Source: Lama glama (Eukaryota). Taken from it: 64,000 bases of DNA. The notes beneath the pieces were generated by a model. That model was not told the DNA's origin. It made no database searches and was given only the letters and a program-made list of their open reading frames with translations. Each line of letters starts with the position of its first letter. Within the stretch, counting starts at the first letter, position 1. Below are positions 55,201-63,861 of the stretch, one piece after another. The translations under genes were made by a program, and so were the position numbers. The stretch spans positions 42,100,001 to 42,164,000 of the forward strand of contig CM052818.1 in assembly GCA_028534125.1 (NCBI GenBank), read 5' to 3'.

Positions 55201-58200
55201 CTAAATGAAAAAACAAAGTTTTTGTCAGTTAAAGTCAAATTAACATACCATGTAGAAATCTTTAACAGTTCACTAGCTCGCTTTATTTTCACAATGCCTC
55301 CAATTATTCAGATGTCCCCAGTCAACTACTGCCAATCCTGCCACTTCTCTTTCACTCCCTCAAGAATCTGTTCTCCCTTTTCTTTGCCCATTGCTACAAT
55401 TCCAAGCTAACCCCTCACCATTCTAACCTAGATTATGACAAAAGTACCCTAACAGTGACTCATCTCTCAGAGCCACACTACACGCTGTTACCAAATCAGC
55501 CTTCATTAAACACAATTCTAACCATGTATCACATCCTTAAACATTTCTGATGATTCCCTGCTCCCAACAAATACCCAAATTCTTTACCGTTGACACTTGA
55601 GAAAGGGCTCAAATAATCTTACCTACTGTATACCTCCCATCTTATTCCAAGTTACACCCCCACTCCAGACACACGTTTAATGCTGCCGTCTAACTGAACT
55701 GCTCTGGGACCATATCCTGCACTCTCCTACTCACTGTTTTTATTGACGTGCTGTCTACTTACAGAGCATTTTTCCTTTATCTTCCCTTGTCCAAAATCTA
55801 CTTCCTCCAAGCAGAGCCCCTCACGATTCCTCAAGCAGAAAGGTAAGTGGACCCCTCATTGGAATCTTGTCATACTCGGCATTTCTCAGGCAGGTGCCAC
55901 CTTCTGCCCATATGACATTTATCTGTGTACATGTCTACTGCGCTACTGGGTTTAGCTTCTGCAGGGCGGAGACCGCACCTTACTCACCTTCGTGTTCCCA
56001 CAACTTCTACCTAATTACTCTGTATGTAGCATATGTTTCTTAAACGTTTGTGAATAAATAAAACCCATTTGGTGAAAATTTTTAAGCCGATGGAGCTCTT
56101 AAAGTGGGTTACAACAGCCCCAGAACTGTGTTTTCCCAGCTTCCAACCACCTCACCACATTTAAACGTACCATCAGCACATCACCTCCTCCTAGGATCAA
56201 GGGGATAGATTCAGCCTGGATATCAGTTGGGAGACTGAAAGAATCACATTTTGAAGAATTGTAGTTATTTAAAAAAAAATTACCTAAGCTAATTAAGTCA
56301 TGTTAAACTATAAACCTAAAAGAGAAATTTATTTGGTAAATATATCGATCTTTTTCAGCTAAAAATATACTGGCGTTTAAAAAAGAAACTCTAATTCAGA
56401 GAATCGTAAGAAAAAACTGAATTTCACTCACCCAACTAGGCCCAAAAATATCTGATAAAATCACTAACTACTGTTGAAATTATAAAACGTTGTTACAGGG
56501 ACATTCAAGCTTTAAAAGATGGTTGTACTTACAGCCAATCCATCTCCTCCACGGCTTGTGCAATCTCAGGCATAACACCCATCTCTGAAAGTAAAAATTA
56601 GTTTAAAAATCAACACATACTAAATTTAAATCATATTGCTCTTATTGTTCAACAGGTAAACAGGTTTGAAGTATAGCTCAGTTATATGGTATCTCCTGTG
56701 TATGGCACTGCTGACAGTATAAATTTTGGAGAAAGATTTGAATTCAAATCCAGGCTCTTAGTAGCAACGTGACCTCAGGCAAGCTATAAACCTACTTCTC
56801 TGCACAAAATGGAGCTAATGCTACTTACATGGTAAGAATACAGGACGAGTAAAGATAATCCTATGTAAAGCACCCTGCACATGGTTGTCATTTAATACAT
56901 AGTATCCACCAGTGTTTCCCTCCTATGACTAGTGAAAAACCTGCCAGAGTCGGAGAGAAGGTTCTAGACCAGCACCTTGGTTGTTTCATCTAGAGATAAT
57001 GTGGAAGTCCTGTGCCTTGGCTTTTTGAGGACCATGTGAATACCCTCAGCAATCTGAGGAAAATGACCAAGCAGGCAGAGAGAGCCCACATTTATAGGCA
57101 ATCATAATCAGAACTCTGGTTAACTGAAAAGAGAGGGGCTGGTGGTGAAAACTTGAGTAATTAGAAATGTCAACTGGAGAACTACTCTGTTCTTAATTAT
57201 TCACATATTTAAATGATTTACAACAAAGTGAATCCTAAATGAACAGATTGGGTTAATTTTTATCATTTCTCAAATGAACCGTAGAGGGTCCACATGGAAT
57301 AGTCAGCTGTATTCCTTAAACCTCCTTTCCAAGTAAGAAGTGATCTTTATTTTAAATATGCATTTATAAAAATGTAATTTTTATTTATACCTTTACAAAA
57401 GTATATATTTCTATTTAAAAAATGAGCCACACTCAAATATATCCAAGCCCCAAAGATAACTAATTTGGAAATTTTCTATTTCTTGTAATCATTTGTGAAA
57501 AGGCATAAAATAAGTCTACAAACTGAATATATCCATTGCAAAAAATAGCTTTTTCTTTGCATCAGGTAAGAAGAATCATACCAGCAATGAATAATATATA
57601 CAACGCTAAAATTTTATACAATAAACCAGTTAATATCAACATTGATGGCATGGGAAAGTATAAAAACTTTTTTCAAAAAGGAAGGCTCCCGTACCTCTAA
57701 ATTTCCTTAGGAAAATCCACAGATTGAAAAACTAATCAAGATCTAAAGTTGTATAAGAATTGCCCCCAATAGAATCTAGGTGTATCCTTTCTCCTAAAAT
57801 GCAAACTGCTTGAAAAAAGGGAGTGACAGTCTTATATATGCTGTATACATAATACTGCAAGCTGAAGTTGCTCATGAAACTGTTCTACTGCAAGAAGCAA
57901 CCACAGACGGCTTTCAGCAAATTCCAGACAACTTTTTGCTCCGTTCTAGTCATGTTCTCTGCAGGTCTGCTTTGAAACTATAGTTTCTTTAAATATAACA
58001 TTTTTAACACTTTAGGTAAAAACAGGAATAGTCACACTCTTTAATTCCACTTCTGTCTTTAATTTACATCAGATCCCTTCTAGTCCTTTCAACATTCCTG
58101 TAATTTGTGCAAGACTCCCAGAGAAGTGAACCAATAAAATGACAACCTGGAACTGGTCTACACACCTTGGCTCTCATTTGAGGAAAGAGCTGGGAAAAGA

Positions 58201-59202
58201 AAAACAGCTACCTGTCAGAGCAGATTTCCCCCGGCCTTTTATGAAATGTAACTAAAACGATCCAAAATCCTGTCTCGTGACTAAAAATGTGGAATTCCTT
58301 GTGTCCTTACAGGAGAAAAATGAAAGTACAATACTGTGTTACACCTGAAGTCATCTGAATAGGTTAAGAATATTAAAAAAATAGTACGCCTAACTTGACA
58401 TATATATTGCTATATAAATTTACCACTTTTAAAATATAAGGCTTATTGCAGCTCCATAAAACTGTGGATGTAAAAAGAAGAGGAAACAACTATTTCGTTA
58501 TATAAGCCGCTTCAAATTTCTGTTTGGAATACAGGTGGGTATCATCAGCAATTAGTAAAAATTTTCAAAATTTGTGATGGGCTCGTGTGCTCGCGGACAC
58601 AGACGCCTTCCCTTTAGCTTCAATATTTGTTAACGTTTTTAAAATACCGCTTAAACAAATACCAGGTTTGGACCTGTAGTTTTGGAAGCGCCTGAGAAAA
58701 TCAGACGCAGGATGGTCATTTTCAACTGACCCTCCCCGCGCCCCGCTGCTTCCTGGCCTGGACAACCCTCTATCAGGCGCGGGCAGTACAAGGTGCCCGA
58801 GCACCACTGCCACGTCAAGGGGCAGGAGGCCTGGGCTCCGGGAGCAGCTGCAGCAGCGCCGCCGCATCCGAGAGCCGTGGGCCCCCTGGCAAGACACGCG
58901 AGTGGAGACTGGAAGGCGACAGAGAAGAGAACGAGCACGGAGAGGCCGGGCCCGGCCAGCACCTGGAGGGAAAGGCACTCCCTGCAGCATCCAGGCGCAA
59001 CGTCCGGGCCTCTCGCGCCTCCACTGGTCCCCCACCAGTGCAGGGATCGAGGGGTCCGCCGCGGACAGCTCCCTCCTGGACCGCGATGCACCTGTCCGCC
59101 CCCGCCCCCGCGACTCCCCGCCAGCCGGCGCAGGGCCGAGGCGTGGATCGGGCCCCCCCGCCCCAGCCCCAGCTCCGCAGACGCACCGGAGAAGGCCGCC
59201 AT
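28161..59202 (-). CDS. DDX1: DEAD-box helicase 1 (DDX1), complete spliced CDS, 26 coding exons, 740 aa
   Basis: Manual exon translation gives [15 protein letters not shown]...AETGSGKT (motif I)...SPRY insert...EPSRELAEQ (Ia)...TPGRL (Ib)...DEAD (II)...SAT (III)...ARGID (V)...HRIGRVGR (VI)...[13 protein letters not shown]. All 25 introns are GT-AG, phases are consistent, and the total is 2223 nt. Confidence 0.99.
28938..29058 (-). CDS. DDX1: DDX1 exon 25 ([40 protein letters not shown])
   Basis: ttag|TTGCTG...GGTG|gtaagc; 121 nt. Confidence 0.97.
29337..29432 (-). CDS. DDX1: DDX1 exon 24 ([32 protein letters not shown])
   Basis: atag|GTTTGG...CAG|gtgaga; 96 nt. Confidence 0.97.
30171..30213 (-). 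CDS. DDX1: DDX1 exon 23 ([15 protein letters not shown])
   Basis: tcag|GATGGG...AAG|gtaacc; 43 nt; preceding intron is only 83 nt. Confidence 0.97.
30297..30369 (-). CDS. DDX1: DDX1 exon 22 ([24 protein letters not shown]; motif VI)
   Basis: acag|TTATA...GAGAG|gtagcc; 73 nt. Confidence 0.97.
30503..30575 (-). CDS. DDX1: DDX1 exon 21 ([24 protein letters not shown]; motif V)
   Basis: ttag|AAAGGA...TATG|gtaaaa; 73 nt. Confidence 0.97.
31854..31945 (-). CDS. DDX1: DDX1 exon 20 ([31 protein letters not shown])
   Basis: ctag|GACCT...AAG|gtactg; 92 nt. Confidence 0.97.
33200..34930 (-). mobile_element. Nested or fragmented old L1 (L1M) in DDX1 intron 19
   Basis: L1 3'-end motifs (tgagttttgacaaatgcgtacacc; ttgcatttccctaatgact) flanked by degenerate ORF2-like sequence. 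Confidence 0.7.
35179..35325 (-). CDS. DDX1: DDX1 exon 19 ([14 protein letters not shown]...[23 protein letters not shown]; motif IV)
   Basis: caag|AGATG...GGAG|gtaatg; 147 nt; ORF 35132..35323. Confidence 0.97.
36896..36947 (-). CDS. DDX1: DDX1 exon 18 ([17 protein letters not shown])
   Basis: atag|ACTGAT...CCAG|gtgagt; 52 nt. Confidence 0.97.
37602..37790 (-). CDS. DDX1: DDX1 exon 17 ([15 protein letters not shown]...LGKNHIR; motif III SAT)
   Basis: ttag|GTGATT...AGA|gtaagt; 189 nt; ORF 37581..37790. Confidence 0.98.
38529..38618 (-). CDS. DDX1: DDX1 exon 16 ([30 protein letters not shown])
   Basis: gcag|GATGGC...CAG|gtataa; 90 nt; last D of DEAD. Confidence 0.97.
38920..39112 (-). mobile_element. 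Young L1 3' fragment (intron 15)
   Basis: T tract plus ttttacaatgttgtgtcaaattccagtgta...ccctgtgctatacagta. Confidence 0.88.
39363..39477 (+). mobile_element. Young L1 3' fragment with 16-bp TSD (intron 15)
   Basis: TSD aaaacctgtttacaaa at 39347-39362 and 39478-39493; poly(A) tail. Confidence 0.92.
39823..39921 (-). CDS. DDX1: DDX1 exon 15 ([33 protein letters not shown])
   Basis: ccag|GTAGAT...GAAGCT|gtatgt; 99 nt; first three residues of the DEAD motif. Confidence 0.97.
40200..40700. mobile_element. Two MIR SINE fragments in opposite orientation
   Basis: ggattcaaatcccagct...ttttctcat (+) and tagactgaagtttaa...gggattcaaactcaa (-). Confidence 0.6.
43051..43111 (-). CDS. DDX1: DDX1 exon 14 ([21 protein letters not shown])
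   Basis: tcag|GGAG...GGG|gtaagt; 61 nt; visible in ORF 43027..43338. Confidence 0.97.
43610..44860 (+). mobile_element. L1 (L1M-type) 3' portion, antisense to DDX1, intron 13
   Basis: gacttcatcaaaattaaaacc; atccagcaattccactcccgggtat; aaatgtccatcaactaatgaa; 3' end tgaattgtatgatatgtgaattatgtctca. Confidence 0.88.
44952..45086 (+). mobile_element. Full-length tRNA-derived SINE (camelid Vic-1-like) with 11-bp TSD
   Basis: gggagggtatagcacagtgg (A-box-like)...gggttcaacaccc (B-box-like)...aaataaataaa...A-rich tail; TSD agaactaccaa at 44941-44951 and 45087-45097. Confidence 0.9.
45340..45550. mobile_element. MER5-like hAT remnant
   Basis: ttagaatcacctggaagagct...tctgattcagtat...gtatttttaaataaggcccc. 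Confidence 0.6.
47170..47308 (-). CDS. DDX1: DDX1 exon 13 ([46 protein letters not shown]; motif Ia)
   Basis: taag|GTAAT...TTAAG|gtaaag; 139 nt. Confidence 0.97.
48023..48137 (-). CDS. DDX1: DDX1 exon 12 ([38 protein letters not shown])
   Basis: ctag|AATGCT...ACAG|gtattg; 115 nt. Confidence 0.97.
48249..48325 (-). CDS. DDX1: DDX1 exon 11 ([26 protein letters not shown])
   Basis: (t)n aag|GAAAA...AAG|gtagtt; 77 nt. Confidence 0.96.
48400..48890 (+). mobile_element. L2 fragment (intron 10)
   Basis: acctcaggacctttacaattactgg...tatctccagcacctaccagcatacctgacg...agtatttgttc. Confidence 0.7.
48985..49057 (-). CDS. DDX1: DDX1 exon 10 ([24 protein letters not shown])
   Basis: ctag|GAATTC...AATG|gtaagc; 73 nt. 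Confidence 0.97.
49616..49692 (-). CDS. DDX1: DDX1 exon 9 ([30 protein letters not shown])
   Basis: ttag|GTACT...GAG|gtgagt; 77 nt; visible in ORF 49508..49753. Confidence 0.97.
50058..50141 (-). CDS. DDX1: DDX1 exon 8 ([32 protein letters not shown])
   Basis: gtag|GGAAAC...CTAG|gtaagt; 84 nt. Confidence 0.97.
50367..50450 (-). CDS. DDX1: DDX1 exon 7 ([28 protein letters not shown])
   Basis: ccag|CAATT...AAAG|gtattt; 84 nt; visible in ORF 50359..50547. Confidence 0.97.
51400..52560 (-). mobile_element. Old L1 (L1ME-like) fragments (intron 6)
   Basis: cttctgtgaattgcctgtttgtatcctttgcccattttcc; atacccttactgaataaatcaccctttt. Confidence 0.65.
52645..52692 (-). CDS. DDX1: DDX1 exon 6 ([16 protein letters not shown])
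   Basis: ttag|TGCTC...TTCG|gtaagt; 48 nt; peptide visible in ORF 52553..52744. Confidence 0.97.
53200..53620 (-). mobile_element. L3/CR1 remnant (intron 5)
   Basis: tctgcttgaacactttgaatgacggagaag; ctcctcacaggacatgacgttt...accattctggttatcctt. Confidence 0.55.
54470..54566 (-). CDS. DDX1: DDX1 exon 5 ([32 protein letters not shown])
   Basis: ctag|GCTTTC...TCGG|gtaatt; 97 nt. Confidence 0.97.
55171..55200 (-). CDS. DDX1: DDX1 exon 4 ([10 protein letters not shown]; Walker A/motif I)
   Basis: tttag|GCTGCAGAA...ACTGGT|gtaagt; 30 nt. Confidence 0.97.
55300..56060 (+). mobile_element. L2 fragment (intron 3)
   Basis: tctaacctagattatgacaaaagtaccctaac...cagggcggagaccgcacct...gtttgtgaataaata. Confidence 0.65.
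56171..56234 (-). CDS. DDX1: DDX1 exon 3 ([22 protein letters not shown] motif)
   Basis: tttcag|TCTCCCA...CTGATG|gtacgt; 64 nt. Confidence 0.97.
56533..56584 (-). CDS. DDX1: DDX1 exon 2 ([18 protein letters not shown])
   Basis: tttcag|AGATGGGT...TGGCT|gtaagt; 52 nt. Confidence 0.97.
59187..59202 (-). CDS. DDX1: DDX1 exon 1 coding part (MAAFS, 16 nt)
   Basis: AAGATGGCGGCCTTCTCCG|gtgcgt; strong Kozak context (A at -3, G at +4). Confidence 0.97.
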
Positions 59203-59205
59203 CTT
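59195..59205 (-). promoter_or_regulatory. YY1-type motif overlapping the start codon
   Basis: AAGATGGCGGC matches the YY1 consensus exactly. Confidence 0.65.
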
Positions 59206-59539
59206 CGCCCCGTCCTCCGCGACTTCTCTCGCTCCCTTCCTCCCTCCCTCCGCTCCGACAAGCTGCGCGGGAGCGGCGCGCGCTTCCGGTCCCCCTCCCC
59301 GCGGCTTGCCGCTCTCCAAGTCCGGGCAGGAACCCAGCCCGGAGAGAATGGTTCCGGGCCCCACAGCGCGGACTCAGTTCAAATGCACTTTGCCTAAGAA
59401 GCCAGGAGCCGTCGTCATTAGCTGTGCCCAGAGTTACCATTTACCTAGAGCATGCTATGTGTCATCTGGACCACTCTTGCACATATAAGGAAGCAGACGT
59501 TACGTGGAGAAAAGCGAAACCCTCAGGCAAGATGTTTTA

Positions 59540-59760
59540 GATAGAGGTGAAACTATAACTTCCGGAGCCATGCTCCCTGGGTTTGAATTCTAGACACTTG
59601 CTGGTTGCATAACCTTGAACAAGTCTGGGCTTCAGTTTACTCATTTGTGAAATAACCAGGAATAACAGTACCTATTTCATAGGATTGTTATGAGGATTGA
59701 ATAAAATAGGTAAAGCACATACAACAGTGCATAGCATGTGTTAGCTCTGTCATTACCATT
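59540..59760 (+). mobile_element. MIR SINE upstream of the DDX1 promoter
   Basis: cctgggtttgaattctag...ttcagtttactcatttgtgaaat...aggattgttatgaggatt. Confidence 0.75.
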
Positions 59761-60769
59761 ACATGTGACAGGATTCACCTGAAGTTCCAAAAGTCAAGGA
59801 CAATCACCTCCAGGGGGCCTCATTCACATTAGTCCATGTTCTCATTATAATTTGTATAAATTTAAATAAATGATACCATTGAGAGTTATGCAGTGTAGCA
59901 GTTCTGAATAGATGCCACGTACCCCATTTTCTTCCTCTCTCAAGGGACAAGGCATTTTCCAGGGGACTAGTCAGACAACTTTTGATCTTAGGAGTTTGAG
60001 AAGGAGAAGGCAGGCTTTGAGATGCTGTGGCCAGAAGACCCCAAAGCAGCCGGGCAGGAATAGAGCCAGAGGGGAGAGAAGGCAGCTGTGGAAGCAGACC
60101 ACGTTCCTAACAACTGTCCAGAAACATGTGTGAGTTTTTCCCCCAGGGATAACTCGGCTTGTGGAGAGTGGACTTGAAGCTCTCTTCAAAGAGAATATGT
60201 CCCAGGGAGCTGCCTGGAGAAGCTAAGTGATACACAGAGAGACCCCCAAAGGACCCTGTTTTATTCATACCTTTTAACCAGAGGACAGATATCACCTGCC
60301 TAATGTGAGTTGCACTTGGAGGATACATACCAGCAGAAGAATCTCCAAGATACCAAACAAAAAGTACCCTTGAGCGAAAAAATCGACCTTGGGCATGATT
60401 GATCCAGAGAGCACTGGAGTCAGATCACACGGGCACCAGATAAAGGTGGATCTCTCCCCGACTAGATTTTACCCCTCCCCAAGGGTCATAAACAGCAGCT
60501 CATGGGGGGGGGGTGCAGAAAAGAGATTGATCACACCCTTTACCACACTGCCAAACTGGGGAGGGAGGAAGCTGTAATTTTGGTTAAAGTTGTGAATTTT
60601 GATCATAACACTGGACCCAATAGTTTCATTACAGAAATCAGACTAAAATTGTGATGAAAATAACGGGGCAGATTTTCATTATCTGGGAGTGACCAGAAGA
60701 ATTCTGGAAGATGCTAGAGACCCCATCTAGGTCAGGGGAAGAAATAGCCCCCAGAGCTCATTTTATTTT

Positions 60770-60921
60770 TATATATATGTATATATGTGTGTGTGTGTAT
60801 ATATACACACACATATATGTATATATATATACACACATGTACACATACATACATATACACACATATATACATGCGTATAATTACTATATGTGATATATAT
60901 ATATATATATATATCATATAT
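60770..60921. repeat. Compound (TA)/(TG)/(CA) microsatellite
   Basis: Read directly. Confidence 0.95.
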
Positions 60922-61184
60922 AGTAATAATGCCATCAGTAATGTGAATTGGGACATAACGTTATTGGCTCCCCTCCTTGGCAGGTAGGACAAGGCTAGGC
61001 AAAGAAGTGGCAGGCAACCCCTTCACCAAACCAAGAGATGAATGATGGGTATCGCCAGTCCAGTATCCTGCTGGTCCACTCTCCTCAAAACAGGCTGATT
61101 AAATGGGCACCTACTAACAGTCCTGGAATCCTTGCCTGGTGCCAGAAACCCACCTGTGTAAATCATTAGGCAGGAAGATAACCA

Positions 61185-61199
61185 CCACTAGGTGGCGCC
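61185..61199 (+). promoter_or_regulatory. CTCF-like motif
   Basis: CCACTAGGTGGCGCC matches the core CCASYAGRKGGCRS. Confidence 0.6.
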
Positions 61200-62105
61200 A
61201 AACTGCAGCTGAGCCAGGTAGAGATTGAACTGGACTGAACTCCCAGCTGGGACTTCTTCCTACAGCTGCACCCCCCACCCCTGCTGCAATATTTTATGTA
61301 ATTGGATCTTTCGGACCTATAGCCAATCATGATATGGTGCAATTGTGCTGTATTATCCAGGCACCCAGAGAAATAATGCTATGTATTTTCAGGTAAGCTG
61401 TAATATAGGTTGTTGCAGAACAAATAGTTTTGCAATTGCGAAGGCGAGTCTAAGAAATAGGCCCTTGGGATACCCAGGCCCTTAATACTGTAGAGAGGAT
61501 GGGCCCCGTGAAGACTCTGTGGACTGGTGACCCAGAAGCCACACACAGTCCCCTTCCCCTTGCCTTTCTCTATTCTACAGCCTGGGGAAAAGGTCGAGGG
61601 GAAAGTGGCCTTTCCAGACTCCCTTGTCAAGAGAGGCAGCATGAGATCTGGTTCTGCCTGGACAGATGTAAATGGAAGTCCCTTTTTAAAAAGGAAAAAG
61701 CTCTGACTGGCATTTACGCTTTGCCTGGAAAAGCAGCAATGAACCACGGGGAAGAAAGCTTCACACTAAGGCTTTTGAAGCAGAAAATAGGAGGAGATTG
61801 GGTCCGTGATGATGGTGGTGAGCTACGTTACCAGACCAGTTCTGTCTGCCTCGGGACCTCTTGCAGCTGGAGAGTACCTTACACAGTTGAACCACTCTTC
61901 ATTCTCTTTCCCTCTTTTTTTTTTTTTTTTCTTGTTCTTTTTGTTGGTGTTCTTTTTGTCCGTTCTCTCACGCTTGCCGCCCAACCCATTCCTAACAGGT
62001 ACAGAAGAGAAAGGAGATGGCACATTCATCAGCATAGATTTTGTATCATGAATCACGCAGAAAGTTTTTTTCTTCAAATGTTCTAGAACAGAGCAATAAG
62101 AAACC

Positions 62106-62553
62106 TGTGGATGAGAAACATTGCCTGCCCTATCGGTAAACAAAGGATGTAGCAGCCAGCAAGCCAGCAGCCACTGCAGCTGCCCCTGAATGTGCACCCT
62201 GAGGGGATTCAGGATGGAGAGAAGAAGGATACTGGCCCTAGAGAGTTAGGTTGCAGATCAAAGGAATGATTTCAATAAGACCAGACTCTTGCATCTTCCC
62301 ATACATAGAAAAGTGCTAAATTTATTAACTTGAGATGTCTGGTTTTCTTTAATTAGCAGTAATCTTTTGAGGTTCTGACTACTTGGTTTTTGTTCAAAAA
62401 CTCCTGTATATCCCTGGCTCCTCCCTTACCTCTTCAGAGCAGTCCCTCAGAGCTATCTGAGAGGCTGTATTCCAGGCTTAAGTCCTCAGAGAGTCTGCCC
62501 AATAAAACATAATTCTCAACTTTCAGGTTGTGCAATTCTTTTTTCAGTTGACA
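62106..62553 (+). mobile_element. Solo ERV LTR (ERV1-like), 448 bp
   Basis: TG...CA termini; 4-bp TSD aacc (62102-62105 and 62554-62557); TATA-like tgtatat near 62405; AATAAA at 62501-62506. Confidence 0.85.
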
Positions 62554-62896
62554 AACCTATTGTGGCTTCAAGGTGAAGGAGACATTTGGCTTGAGTCATG
62601 AAGGCACCACCAAAAACCGCTCTTGAATAGAACACTTCCTTACCACCCAAAATGAAGATGAAATGTACCACATGCAATGGTGGAAGTGACCCTGAACCCA
62701 GCCTCCAGAAGGCAAGTCAAATCAGGTCGTTTACTTTGTCCTTTCTTTGACATCCAACTGCACTCCTCTGGCCTTATTCTGGCACCTTCTGGGCCCTAAG
62801 TCCCCAGTTTCTAAGGATCCAGCCACCAAGAAGGAAGCAGCAAAAGAGAGTTGTTATAATGTAAAAGAAGTTGATTTGAAAATGCAATATTTTCAT

Positions 62897-62940
62897 AGGA
62901 TCCTGGGTTCAATCCCCAGTGCCTCCTCCAAAAAATACAT
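62897..62940 (+). mobile_element. 5'-truncated tRNA-derived SINE with 17-bp TSD
   Basis: tcctgggttcaatccccagtgcctcc plus A-rich tail; TSD aaatgcaatattttcat at 62880-62896 and 62941-62957. Confidence 0.88.
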
Positions 62941-63414
62941 AAATGCAATATTTTCATTACATAATCTCCCACCGGCAAAGTCCATCCTCACAATGCATCA
63001 TACAAACCACTCATCATTCTACACAGGTCACTGCAACTTCTCCCTCCTCAAATTCCACACAGGAAGTTTACCCTCAGATCCACATGTTAGGAGACCAAAG
63101 GACTTGAGAGTACTTGCTCTGGATCCTGAATTCAGCTGTGAGAGGATGTGGCCAACCTTACCATCAGGCGACTCTCTCCACTTTAATACAGCTCTTGGTT
63201 GGTAAGACTCCTGGTTCCACCCTCCTTGGGACGACACACACCAGACCACCGCCCCCACCATGTCTAGCCTCCTGCTTCCTTCCAGCTTGATGCCTGGCAT
63301 CTCTTTACCTTCTAGCATCTCAGACTATGTACAGTTCCTTGCCTACAGCAGATTGCCTCTCACTACTGTGTATTTTCTTATGCTGTTTGCTTTCCCGAGA
63401 ATAGACTTCCCCTT

Positions 63415-63860
63415 TTAGTTTCAGTTGTCTATTGCTGCATAACACCCCCAAACGAGTACAACAACCAATTTATTGGTCATGATTCTGAGTCAGGCGTCTG
63501 GGCAGAGCTTACCTGGCTGGTTCTTCTGTTTCTCATGGCATTACCTGGGGTCTCTCACTCAACTGCATTCAGCTGGCGGGCTGGGCTGGCAGATCTGAGA
63601 AGACCTCAGTCTCCTGGGTGGTGGCTCTCTCCCTGTGGCCAACTTGGACCTTCTCCCAGCAGGGTTAGTCCCAGGAAAGACAGACTTCCTACATGGTAGC
63701 TGGGCTCCAGGAGGACTGGCCCCCAAATAGAAAGCAGAAAGTGCGTATCTCTTAAGTCAGCCGTGGAAAGCACAGAGTGTCACTTCTGCCAAATGCTATT
63801 GGTCAACACAAGTCATATGACCAGCACAGCCTAGATTCATGAGGAGGGGACATAGGCTCT
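63415..63860 (-). mobile_element. MaLR LTR (MLT1-like)
   Basis: ctattgctgcataac...gtcacttctgccaaatgctattggtca...agcctagattca. Confidence 0.75.
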
Positions 63861-63861
63861 C

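Larger units (their letters stand above)
58600..59450. promoter_or_regulatory. DDX1: CpG island / TATA-less promoter of DDX1
   Basis: Very GC- and CpG-rich stretch spanning exon 1; ETS/GABP-like ACCGGAAGCG at 59281-59290 (minus); GC boxes; no obvious TATA box. Confidence 0.9.

Noticed and set aside
58565..59540. Long overlapping ORFs (119-291 aa) on both strands
   Set aside because: These result from stop-codon depletion in the CpG island. Only MAAFS is real DDX1 coding sequence. The in-frame upstream extension and intron 1 read-through have no recognisable protein features.
61499..62086. 195-aa ORF upstream of DDX1 as a possible NBAS exon or divergent gene
   Set aside because: No recognisable NBAS peptide, and it runs through a poly-T tract. 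I identified no NBAS exon in the window.
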